The notes under the pieces are model-generated. The model was given only the letters and a program-made list of their open reading frames with translations. It did no database searches and was not told the DNA's origin. Positions 35,606-47,209 of a DNA stretch of 64,000 bases are shown one piece after another. A program made the translations under genes and the position numbers. The DNA is from Adineta vaga (Eukaryota; Animalia; Rotifera), in contig CP075495.1 of NCBI GenBank assembly GCA_021613535.1, forward strand, positions 3,968,001 through 4,032,000. Direction: 5' to 3'. Numbering within the stretch: the stretch's first letter is position 1; every line of letters starts with the position of its first letter.

Positions 35606-38600
35606 ATGCACTCAATAATTGTATGGATTGTTTTTTTGATCGCATTATGTTTTGTTCTTATTCAAGGTAAAACATCGATTCCTGATCAATTACCATTAGT
35701 AACAATTCCATATGCTCAACGTAATATAACCATATATACATCATCAAGTAATCCTAGTCGAGAACCCAAAGATTGGCTATTTTGGTATGATCCATTAGTT
35801 GTATTTGATCCAGCAAAAGATATTCATCACTATAATGAACAAGTTCGATTTCAATTTGCCATTGCATCATCTGAATTTGAGCAAACTGCTCGGAAAACAA
35901 TTATTACAAAAATGCATCCTGATGTTGAACGATCTGCTGTATTTTGGATTATTGAACCATTACCAATTGATACTCTAACTATCTATCTTGTTGATCAAGC
36001 ATTTTTACCTATACCTGCTGTTTATCCTTGTACGAAATATCATCTTTCTGGTATATCAACATTCGAATGTCAATTTGTATGTACATCAATGATCATTGCA
36101 AGTTCATTAACACAAAATCTTCTTTGTGGTAAAATTAAATTTCAATTGGAATATTATATTCAATCACAAATCAATCAAATATCTGTTCCACCACGAACGG
36201 CAACATTATTTAATTTACGTAGTTTACGAACACAATTTCGTATCGGTAAATATATTCATCCAAGACAAGAAAGTCAACTTGTAGCAAAATATTTCATTCA
36301 AACACAGACCATTGATGATACAATTAAAGAAAGTGAATTACAAGGTCTTTTTCAATTAGCTACAAATACTACAACACGTTATGATATTACTTATCCAAAT
36401 GATATTTGGTCATTAAATGATCTCGAAACGATTATTAATCAAGAATTATTCTATATAAGTATTCAAAAGAATAATAAAAGATCTTTTCATTTGAAAAGTA
36501 CGGAATCATCATGGGCATTTAAATCACCAGATAAGCAAACATTTAATATGGATGAAATTCAAGCAATGTTTTTAGAACAACATCAACTTAATGTTGAATG
36601 GTCATCGACAGAAAGTCTATGGAAAATAAAATCATTAACAGTTCGATTATTATCTGATATTTTAGATACATTACAATTAAGTGTTATTAGTAAACAATAT
36701 GATATTGATAAGATTAATGCAACTAATCATCGAAGTATTGATTGTTCAGATTGGTCAAGTACATGTTCATGTCAAGCAGCATCATCATGTATGGTCTTCG
36801 TTTCCAGTACGCAGTTCATTCGAATACCCTTTATAGATATGGATTTTTCAAAAACAGGTTTTACTATTGAATTATGGATACGACCACATGCATTACCGGA
36901 TGGTGATATTCCAGTGCAGTTGATTAATTTTCGTGGTGAATATCAAATAACATATAAACCAAAAGGTGAAATAACATTTTCAATAACAAATAAACGACAT
37001 CCAAATTTTTATACAACAACACTACAAGCTATACCATTGGATCAATGGACACATATTACATGTGTTTTTGTATCCATCGAAAATCAGTTACGATTATATG
37101 TTAATGGAGAATTTGTTTCAAGTATTATTTTATCAATTAAATCACAAAAATTAAATGATGATATTATTATTGGACAACAATTCATTGGAGCAATCAGAGA
37201 TGTACGTCTTTGGGGATGTTCAAACCCACCAGAAAAAATTCTTTTATCTATGCGAACAAGTACTTTACTTGGAAATGAAACATGTCTTGTTGGTTTATGG
37301 CCCATGGGAGATGCTCTCGGTCAAACTATACTTGATTTATCAGTTAATGATATTTCGCATCCTGGAACGTTAGGTACTGATGATAATATCAATTTACTTA
37401 ATGATCCTATATGGGCATATGTTTTGCCGAAACCGCCACCACCACCACCACCTCGTATATTGACGTACCAGATCTTTCGAGAAAATATTACATTTGCCTA
37501 TGGTTGTACAATGGGGAACCATCTTTGATATACCAGTATGTGAGATAAAAGAATTTTGAAATCGTTTGAATAACATTTGTTTCTTATGTTTGTTTAGGTA
37601 CCTGCTGATTATGATGGTGATGGTTATGCAGATTTTGCTGTTTATCGAAAAACAACAATGACCTGGCTAGTTTCATCAAGTAATGATCCAACTGTTCTTA
37701 TAACAAAATTCTGGGGAATTCCAGGTGACATACCCGTTCGATGTAATTTTGATGGTGATCGGTATTTTGATTTTACGGTATTTCGTCCATCAACTGCTCA
37801 GTGGATATCTCATCTGAGTAGTAATCCAGGTTTTCAATATATTCATAAATGGTAAGCAAGACTGAATTTTATTAAGTCAAAAAATATTTTTCTTTTCTAT
37901 TGAAGGGGTAAACCGGATGATAGACCTTGTCCTGGTGATTTTGATGGTGACGGTAAAACAGATTTTGTTGTTTATCGTAGAGGTGCTTATTATATCAATC
38001 CATCATCGGATCCAACTGTTCAATGGACTAAACAGTGGTATGATATTAAATTTCCACACACATATATATATATATATATGTATGTACTTCTTTCCAACAA
38101 TACAATCTAGGGGTCAACCGGATGATATTTGTGTAAGCAATTGTGATTTTGATGGTGATGGTGTAACAGATTTTACGGTATGGACACCGAATACTGCTAT
38201 TTGGTCTTGGATACCTAGTAGAAGACCTTGGCTAATCTATCAAAAACAATGGGGCAGTCGATATGATATACCCTTGTGTGGAGATTTCGATGGTGATGGA
38301 AAACGAGATTTTGCAGTCTATCGAGAATGGACTGGTGAATGGTTTGTAATATCATATCGTGTTTCATCATTTATTATAACATTTCGATGGGGTCGTCCAA
38401 CTGATATTCCAGTTATGGGAGATTATGATGGTGATGGATTTGGTAAATAGAAAAATACTATTAGATATTTTCATTTTTATCATTATTTTAAACAATTTAT
38501 TTAGCTGATTTTGCTCATTGGAGACCAAGAGCTAATAAAACATGGGTATGGGAAGTTATACCAAGTTTAATGCCGGTTACGAAATTACGTAAAGCTTGGG

Positions 38601-39632
38601 GAATTGCAGGTGATCAACCTGTTGGTATGTGAAATCATTAAAATAGAAATTTCTTTCTTTATTAAGATGTTTATTGTAGTCGGAGATTTTGACGGAGACA
38701 AACGAAGTATGTTTTTCAATAGATTATTTTTGCCAAACAAACAATAAATGATTTTATTCTGAATTTTGCAGCTGATTTTACAGTTTATAGAACATCAAAT
38801 GGATTTTGGTGATCCCGATCACTAAATGTCATTTAGTAATTCATGTTTTCTTTTTGTAGGTATATCCTATTCATAGGTAAACCGGGTATACAAATGATTA
38901 AACATTGGGGATTCACAGTCAATGATTCAGCTTGTAATTTACCTAAAAAGAATAGCAAAAACTGATTTCTCTATGTTTTCATTTTCATTTTCTTTACAAA
39001 CATAGTGGCTGGTGATTGGGATGGCGATTTTCTTACAGATTTTACCATATACCGACCATCAACTGGATACTGGTATATTATGCTTCAAAAAAATCCGATT
39101 CTTCAGATTTTTATGCAATGGGGTGTGCCACTATATAAAGATATTGCCGTGTAAGAGACCTTTCTACGAATAAGTATTGTTGCATTGTGTCGTTGAACTG
39201 TTTAGACCAAGTGATTTTGATGGCGATCTTAAATATGATTTTGTAGTTTGGCGACCATCTAATGGTGTTTGGTATATTTTACCATCCACGAATCCGGCAC
39301 ATGTTGTCATAGCTCAATGGGGTTTACCTGATGATATTCCAGTGGCAGCAGTTGATGCTGATGGTGATGGCAAAGCAGATCTGACAGTATATCGTCCATC
39401 AACTGGTTCTTGGTATATTTTACCTTCAACAAATCCTGTCTATCCATATTTTGGTCCGTATATTATTCAACAGCCAACTTTATCATTGCCGCCAATTGCA
39501 GGAGGACCACCAGCAGTGCCTCTTCCACCTGCACCTCGTGCTCCAGGTCCACCATTACCTTCTAGTTTTGTGCTTGAAGCTCCGCCTGCACCAGATGCAC
39601 CAGCTGCTACACCTGCACCACAAGAAACATGA
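35606..39632 (+). CDS. Secreted protein: unknown N-domain, LamG/ConA-like domain, poly-Pro linker, ten bacterial-type FG-GAP/VCBS repeats, Pro-rich tail; 10 exons, one apparent frameshift at ~37492
   Basis: Signal peptide. LamG motifs FTIELWIRP, QWTHI, RLYVNGE, FIGAIRDVRLW and LVGLWPM. Ten (G/A/C)D(Y/F)DGDG..DF.V(Y/F/W)RPS.G.WY...WG...DIP repeats are joined across nine GT-AG introns from ~37535 onward. Confidence 0.8.
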
Positions 39633-40213
39633 AACATCAATTAAGCCTAACACATTTTCTTTTAACAATACACAAATATATTTTTGTAGTATATTCTAAC
39701 GAGTGTGACTCGGAAAGAACTCTTACTTTTTTGTTTTTAAACATAGTAATGATTTGAGACAGTTCGATAACATATTCAATTGTAACTGATGAAGTCTTCT
39801 ATACAATCTCAATTAAAAAAAAAGACTAAAGATTTAACCTCCCGTTCTCATTTAGATATGTATAAAATGCTGGAAGAGTGATCTGACGATGTTATAAACT
39901 TTTATAATGAATGCATATTTCTCATCGTGTGCTCTTTATAACTTATAGTTCATTCTCTATAAGTTATGTATTATTAGAAAAGAGTTCGTATTAACTTTCC
40001 TGCATCATTGTATCGAATTGAATACAAACAAAAATAAATGATTGTCGTTCGTAATCTTTTCTCTTCTCCTATAGTCTCGATTGTATGAATCATTTTCTTA
40101 TCTTTACATTCACGTGACTGGATGAAAGAAGATACTGCTTTTCGTACACATATATCACTTCATTTTTGGCGTCTTTTGAAAATTATAAACTTATATAGTT
40201 CATCGACTCAAGC

Positions 40214-40996
40214 ATGACTTCTATTACAGAAAACGATAAATACGTATTGAATGCTATTTTTAATCCAAATTATCCTTTGGATTTCGATAAAGATTCACCT
40301 TCTGATTTATCTAATCCTCAAAATGATAGTAAGATTCATTTTTGTTTTGAATCGCCATTTGTTTACATCTATTTTCTAGCAAAATCATTAGAGATCAAGA
40401 AAATTGAAGAAGAAGGTATGTTTAAGAATGATGAATCTTTTCATTAATCAAAATACATTGTACTTTTTTTTCGTTGTTAGGAGTACGATTAGCTGAACAA
40501 AATCGTTTACTTGAAGCGATTGAATGTTTCAGTCAAGCTATTGCACTTAATCCAGACAATCCATCAGCTTACAATAATCGTGCTCAAGCATATCAATTAC
40601 AAAATAATACAGATGGTTAGTTAACTTTATCGTCAAATTAAACATTTGATCTCCTTTTTTTTCTTCTTCTTATAGAAGCAATGATTGACTTGACCAAATC
40701 TATTGACTTATCACTCGATGTGAAACATCATCAAAAAACCTGTTCTTTAGCATTAACACAACGTGGAATACTTCATCGATTTTTAGGTAATTTATCACGC
40801 TATTCATTACTTTCATATGAAATCATTTTTATCTTTACTTATAGGAAATGAAAAAGAATCGTTGAATGATTTCACTCAAGCTGCAGAACTTGGTTCAGCA
40901 TTTGCTAAACAACAAGTTCTCTTATCAAATCCTTATGCTGCTGCTTGCAATCAAATGCTTTCGAAAATGATGAAACAATTATCACATACATCGTAA
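40214..40996 (+). CDS. TTC36: Tetratricopeptide repeat protein 36-like, 5 exons
   Basis: ND..VL.AIFNP N-terminus, TPR SAYNNRAQAYQL, TQRG, DF..AAELGSAFAKQQV..NPYAAACNQML. Confidence 0.87.
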
Positions 40997-41585
40997 TTTA
41001 TTCATTACGATGACAAATCATTGTTGTTGTTGTTTTTTTCACTTTATTATTTACGAATAAGAAAAGAAAAAGAAGATAAAACATTAATCTTGCTTTTTTA
41101 ATCTCCTATCCTGCATTATAAGTTATGTAATTACTTTTACATCTTTAATATCCTGTAGATAATTACTAAATAGACATCGTTTTGACTCAAAAGACAAAAT
41201 TCTATGCAATCAACGAACAATAAGCTTCTGTATCTATTCCATATTGCATCATTAAGATACGTCTCGTAAGAGAAAAACAACTATGAATCATCGTTAAATA
41301 TTCTGGATATTTCTAGTAAAATATCGACCTTGAGTACTAATGATTTTATAACAATTATCAAAAGATTTCCTTCATAAAAACCCTCCAAAAAAAACCTTTT
41401 TATTTATTCACATAAATTTTGTGTTTTTTTCCCTGTACATTTTGCCACGTCACCTTAACATGCTTTTTTTGTCTGATGATATGATTAAAATAAACGTATA
41501 ATTATTGGTTATCAATAAGACGATATTTTCTTTTTTTTCTTTAAATTTATGGATTATTTCAACAATAAATGTTGTCGTTTGTTCA

Positions 41586-41815
41586 TTGGAATATTCCAAC
41601 GTCCAAACAGATTCACTTTTTACCCCATCTTATGAGGAATTGCCATAGTGACACATGTCTGTTTCAATAATGACTATGTTGCAAAGATATAATGCAAAAA
41701 GGGAAGAAAGAGAACGAAAGGAAAAAAAACAGACGAGAACAAACAGCCAAGCACTTTTCTCGTCATTCTCGATTCTTCTAGATTGTTCTATTCTTTCTAC
41801 GTTGGGTTTTATATA
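41586..41815 (+). promoter_or_regulatory. hsp82 promoter: heat-shock elements plus TATA-like box
   Basis: Palindromic ttgGAAtaTTCcaa at 41586-41599. TTCtcGATtcTTCtaGATtgTTC at 41766-41788 has 5-bp pentamer phasing. TTTATATA at ~41808 lies ~120 nt before the ATG. Confidence 0.6.
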
Positions 41816-41927
41816 TTCATCGGACGTATTTCTATTTCAGTTACATTTTTCTTTTCTCATCGTTATAGTCGTACACATTTGAATATTTCTTTCGAATACT
41901 TTTTTTATTCACTTACTACAACCAACA

Positions 41928-44321
41928 ATGTCAGACAAAATGGAACACGGCTCAGAAGATACTGAAACATTCGCTTTCCAAGCTGAAATTGCCCAATTGA
42001 TGTCGTTAATCATCAATACATTTTACTCGAACAAAGAAATTTTCTTACGTGAATTGATTTCAAATGCATCGGATGCTTTGGACAAAATCCGTTATGAATC
42101 ACTTACTGATTCAACCAAACTTGATAGTGGAAAGGATTTATTCATTAAAATCATACCAAACAAAGCCGATAATACTTTAACAATGATTGATACTGGTATT
42201 GGTATGACAAAAGTAAGTTTGTTCTCATCATTGATAAAAATATACTTAGCGTTTTTCTTTTGCATCTAGGCTGATTTAGTCAACAATTTAGGTACAATTG
42301 CTCGATCAGGTACCCGTGCATTTATGGAAGCACTTCAAGCTGGTGCTGATATATCTATGATTGGTCAATTTGGTGTTGGTTTCTATTCATGTTACTTGGT
42401 TGCTGACAAAGTTATTGTTACATCAAAGCATAATGATGATGAACAATATGTTTGGGAATCTAGTGCTGGTGGTTCATTTACTATTCGACGAGATCCAACT
42501 GGTGAACCACTTGGTCGTGGTACAAAGATTGTTATGTATCTTAAAGAAGATCAAACTGAATATCTTGAAGAAAAACGTATTAAAGAAGTCATCAAGAAAC
42601 ATTCTCAATTTATTGGTTATCCAATTAAATTACTTGTCGAAAAAGAACGTGACAAAGAAATCTCCGATGATGAAGCTGAAGATGAAAAAAAACCAGCCAA
42701 AGATGAAGATGAAAGCAAAAAAGATGAAGCTAAAGTCGAAGAGGTTGAAGATGATGAAGATGATGACAAGAAAAAAGATGTCGATAAGAAGAAAAAAAAG
42801 AAAATCAAAGAAAAATACACCGATGAAGAAGAACTCAATAAACAAAAACCAATCTGGACACGAAATCCAGAAGATATTTCGACAGAAGAATATGCCGAAT
42901 TTTACAAACAATTAACAAACGATTGGGAAGATCATTTAGCTGTTAAACATTTCAGTGTTGAAGGTCAATTGGAATTTCGTGCACTTTTATTCATTCCAAA
43001 ACGTGCACCATTTGATCTATTTGAAAATCGTAAAACCAAAAATTCAATTAAATTATATGTACGTCGTGTATTTATTATGGAAAATTGCGAAGAATTAATG
43101 CCTGAATATTTGAATTTCATCAAAGGTGTTGTTGATTCAGAAGATTTACCATTGAATATTTCTCGTGAAATGTTACAACAAAACAAAATTCTTAAAGTTA
43201 TTCGAAAAAATCTCGTCAAAAAATGTGTTGAATTAATGGACGAAATTGCTGAAGATAAAGAGTCATTTAAGAAATTTTATGAACAATTTTCTCGTAATTT
43301 GAAACTTGGTATTCATGAAGATTCAAACAATCGAGCCAAATTAGCTTCCTATTTACGTTATAATTCGTCAACATCTGGTGATGAAGTAACATCATTCAAA
43401 GAATATATTTCACGTATGAAAGAAAATCAAAAAGATATTTATTATATCACGGGTGAATCACGACAAGTTGTTGATCAGTCAGCCTTTGTTGAACGTGTAC
43501 GTAAACGTGGCTATGAAATTATTTATATGACTGAACCAATCGATGAATATTGTGTACAACAATTGAAAGAATTCGATGGTAAAAAACTTGTTTCGGTAAC
43601 AAAGGAAGGTTTAGAATTACCCGAAGATGAAAATGAAAAGAAAAAGTATGTTCAATGATAAAGAAAAGAGTTTAAAATTTTAAATCTTACTTTTTTTTCT
43701 TCTCTCGTTTAGACAAGAAGAAGATAAAGAAAAATATGAAACATTATGTAAAGTGATGAAAGATATCTTGGACAAGAAAGTCGAAAAAGTTCTCGTCAGT
43801 AATCGACTTGTTTCATCACCATGTTGTATTGGTAAGTTTAACTCTTTCAATAAGAAAAAAACATAAACTTATCGGATTTTCTTTATTATTATTTAGTTAC
43901 ATCACAATATGGTTGGTCAGCTACTATGGAACGTATCATGAAAGCTCAAGCTTTACGTGATACATCAACAATGGGTTATATGGCTGCTAAGAAACACCTT
44001 GAAATCAATCCTGATCATTCAATTATCAAGACACTTAAATCTAAAGTTGATCAAGACAAAAATGATAAATCAGTTAAAGATTTAGTTACATTATTGTATG
44101 AAACATCACTTTTAGCCAGTGGTTTCGCTCTTGAATTACCACAACAACATGCTGATCGTATATTCCGTATGATCAAACTTGGTTTAGGTATTGATGAAGA
44201 AGATGGTGTAGATGAAAATCAAGGTGCAGCTGGCGAATCAGATATGCCACCACTTGAGAATGCTGGAGATAATTCAGCTAATGTTTCAGCTGAAGCATCT
44301 CGTATGGAAGAAGTTGATTAA
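41928..44321 (+). CDS. hsp82: Cytosolic Hsp90 (hsp82), 4 exons (introns 42213-42269, 43647-43712, 43832-43896)
   Basis: [44 protein letters not shown], charged linker, [15 protein letters not shown] and terminal MEEVD. Confidence 0.98.
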
Positions 44322-45008
44322 AAATACAAACAAAACTTATAGACATCCATCTTTTTCTTTATGTTGTCTTGTTGTTTCGAATAGTTTATGTACGTGCTTT
44401 TTCTATGTTGACCATACCGTTAATATGAATGAGATGGAGAAATAAGAATAAAACAAATAAGATCACTGTTATAGAAAACAAAGAAAAGTATTCAATGAAA
44501 AAAGTGTTTGAAACCAAAGGAGAACATGTATTATAATGGATTATATTTCTTGAACTGATAAAAACATATCGCGTAACTCATGAACTCAATGTAATGATGT
44601 CCGAAACTCGTTGTTAGTCAAAACATTTTCAAAAACAATCACCGTATGTTTTATTTAAATATAGATATTCTCTAACAGATAAAAGTCAATGCATCTATGT
44701 CTTTGATGATCACATCAAATGTTATTCTAAAATGTGAAATTTGCAATAGTAACATAAATTTTTTTCTCAAAAAAAAACGTTTAAATCAATGAAATAGAAG
44801 ATGAAAAAGATGTCTTATGGAACTAATAATAAATAATTACAGATAAAATCAAAGAAAACATATGAAAATAATCTTTGAACTAGTACTGTTCTAATACCTA
44901 TTCGAGTACTTTAATAATTCTATGTATGTTTATTTCAATTCTAGTATATATAATAAACTTATTATTTTAATCAATTCTTTATCAGAAAACAAAATGAATA
45001 AAAATATT

Positions 45009-45887
45009 CTAATCATCATTTTGATCAGCATATTGTGAGGGAGACATTGATTCATTTGAATGATGACGCGTTTTTTGTGTTAGAGTCTTACTAGATTTGT
45101 TTTGTGTGTCTTGTTGATGGTATTGATGTACATGTACAGTTCGTTTATCTTCTCCACCTTTGAAAAGATGTAAAATAAGAAGAATAATAACAACTACCGT
45201 AAAAACAAAACCAAAACAGACAATTAGAACAATTTCAGTTGTACCTAATCGATATGGAATACAGTAAAGTATATTTAAGAAAGGTGTTGGTGCTATTAAA
45301 TCCAGCGATTTGTTACTTGTATCAATAAGTGTATATAATAATTGTGACTTTGTTGTTTTAAGAAAATAAACATATGAAACATTCATTGATAGATTGGCAT
45401 AAAATAAACGATTCCATCGATCCGTTGTCCATTGACATAAACTATTATCATTTTCAAAATCGTGATTTTCAAGTTGAAAATGATCAATTAATTCATAAGT
45501 ATTTTCAGTTGAACTTCGCCATTGAAAGATTAATATATCGTATGGAGCATAGATTGTATCTGTTTGATTATTTATGATAAAAGTTGTATGTGTAACTAAT
45601 AAACTAATATGAATTTCATTAATTGATGATGGTAAATCATTTGATTGATTAAAATTTATTTGAATATTAAGAGGAGTTGCTGAAATTGATGCTTGATCGA
45701 CAATAATAAAAAGAATAATTTCACTTGGTTTATCAAGATCGACTGATGTTATTGGAACATTATCGTTTTTTCGTAAACGAGCACATTGTAAATCAGAATT
45801 GTTATCATGATTTATAAAAGGAAATTGATTGCATAGAATAGTAAGAGTTTGTTGTACTAAAACGAAAAAACAAAAACGATGAAACAT
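45009..45887 (-). CDS. Orphan type-I single-pass membrane protein (intronless)
   Basis: 292-aa ORF with an N-terminal hydrophobic signal, several N-glycosylation sequons, TM IVLIVCFGFVFTVVVIILLILHLF and a polar tail. Confidence 0.7.
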   Translation of the reverse strand: MFHRFCFFVLVQQTLTILCNQFPFINHDNNSDLQCARLRKNDNVPITSVDLDKPSEIILFIIVDQASISATPLNIQINFNQSNDLPSSINEIHISLLVTHTTFIINNQTDTIYAPYDILIFQWRSSTENTYELIDHFQLENHDFENDNSLCQWTTDRWNRLFYANLSMNVSYVYFLKTTKSQLLYTLIDTSNKSLDLIAPTPFLNILYCIPYRLGTTEIVLIVCFGFVFTVVVIILLILHLFKGGEDKRTVHVHQYHQQDTQNKSSKTLTQKTRHHSNESMSPSQYADQNDD

Positions 45888-47209
45888 GATTATTGCAGAG
45901 AGTTATTGAAAATTTTACTTGAAAAAATGGTATACGATAGACGTACAGTTGTTAAATAAACAATTAATAATAAATAGATAGACTTGAACATGTCACCGAT
46001 ATGTTTCTACAAAATTTCTTTGATTTTTTTCAATTGATATATTGACTATCATTCAAAAAGATATATCATAACTGAATGAATATAATCATGTTTGTATCAA
46101 AACTGAGTCACCGTTCCACATGAACGATTATTGTAATCGAAAATGAATCAATACGAAAAAAAAATGATTTGAAACAAAGATTATCTTCATGTAAACATAT
46201 GTTTAAATATGAAAGAAAATATCAAATGAGATTTCAAAGAATAGTAATCCTATTTCATAATGTTGAATATGACACAATCAGTTCTTTCCAATTTCGACAA
46301 TTCAAGTTTCATACAATATACAAGATCTTGATGATATGAACCGAGCTTCATGTGAAAGCATATCACGAATCAAGATATATATATTCTCTGCTACGAACGA
46401 TTTATGAGAGCATTGTATTTTTAAGTTTTGTTTAATGTACATCATACAATTTTTATATCATAGCAACTATTCATATTAGTTATTCAAATGTATGACTAAT
46501 CTTGTTCGATGATTATCTTAGAATATTAGTAAGAAGAAAAAAAAGGAAATTATTTCGCTGCCAACTATCTATTAGAATGTATGGAAGGAAAGAAAGAAAG
46601 AAAGAATGAATATAGTTTGTTTTTTACATACTCATTTTTATCTTTTCTTCATTTGTCAATGATATAATAAAATCCATATTCGCCTTTATATCTTTTCGAT
46701 TTATTACATTAGTAAGAAGAAAAAACATTATATTGCATAGATAATCAAGTTTATGAAGGGTACTTTCGCCAGGTCTTAAAGAAGAATTTCATGACGTGTT
46801 TTTATCGAAAATAGCACGTACATGTTTCACTTGTTTAAAATGAATCAAACGAACATGAGAATATGTACATTTATATTGTATCGTCAAATTAAAAAACGAA
46901 CTCCATACCATACTAAAATCAAATGTTGGTTTCTTTGATTTCATCATGGTCTTTGTTCGTTTATGACTTTTTTTTCTTCCTTCGAAAAACGACATGTTTC
47001 ACACATGTAGATAGTTATATGAATGCATTTAGTCATGCACGAATGCCTTGCTCTTTTGCATTCTTTTTTTTTTCGAACATGATCATCATGCAAGAAGTGC
47101 AAACACAAATACGCATGGACGTTTTGTTTTATTCTTTATAGATTATAGAAGTGTTATTCGAACAAAACACCTCGATAGTTTGTGTTGTTTTGAATGTTTA
47201 TTATGATCC

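Noticed and set aside
42361-43219. Several overlapping alternative and antisense ORFs within hsp82
   Set aside because: By-products of biased codon usage in the charged linker, with no independent coding signal.
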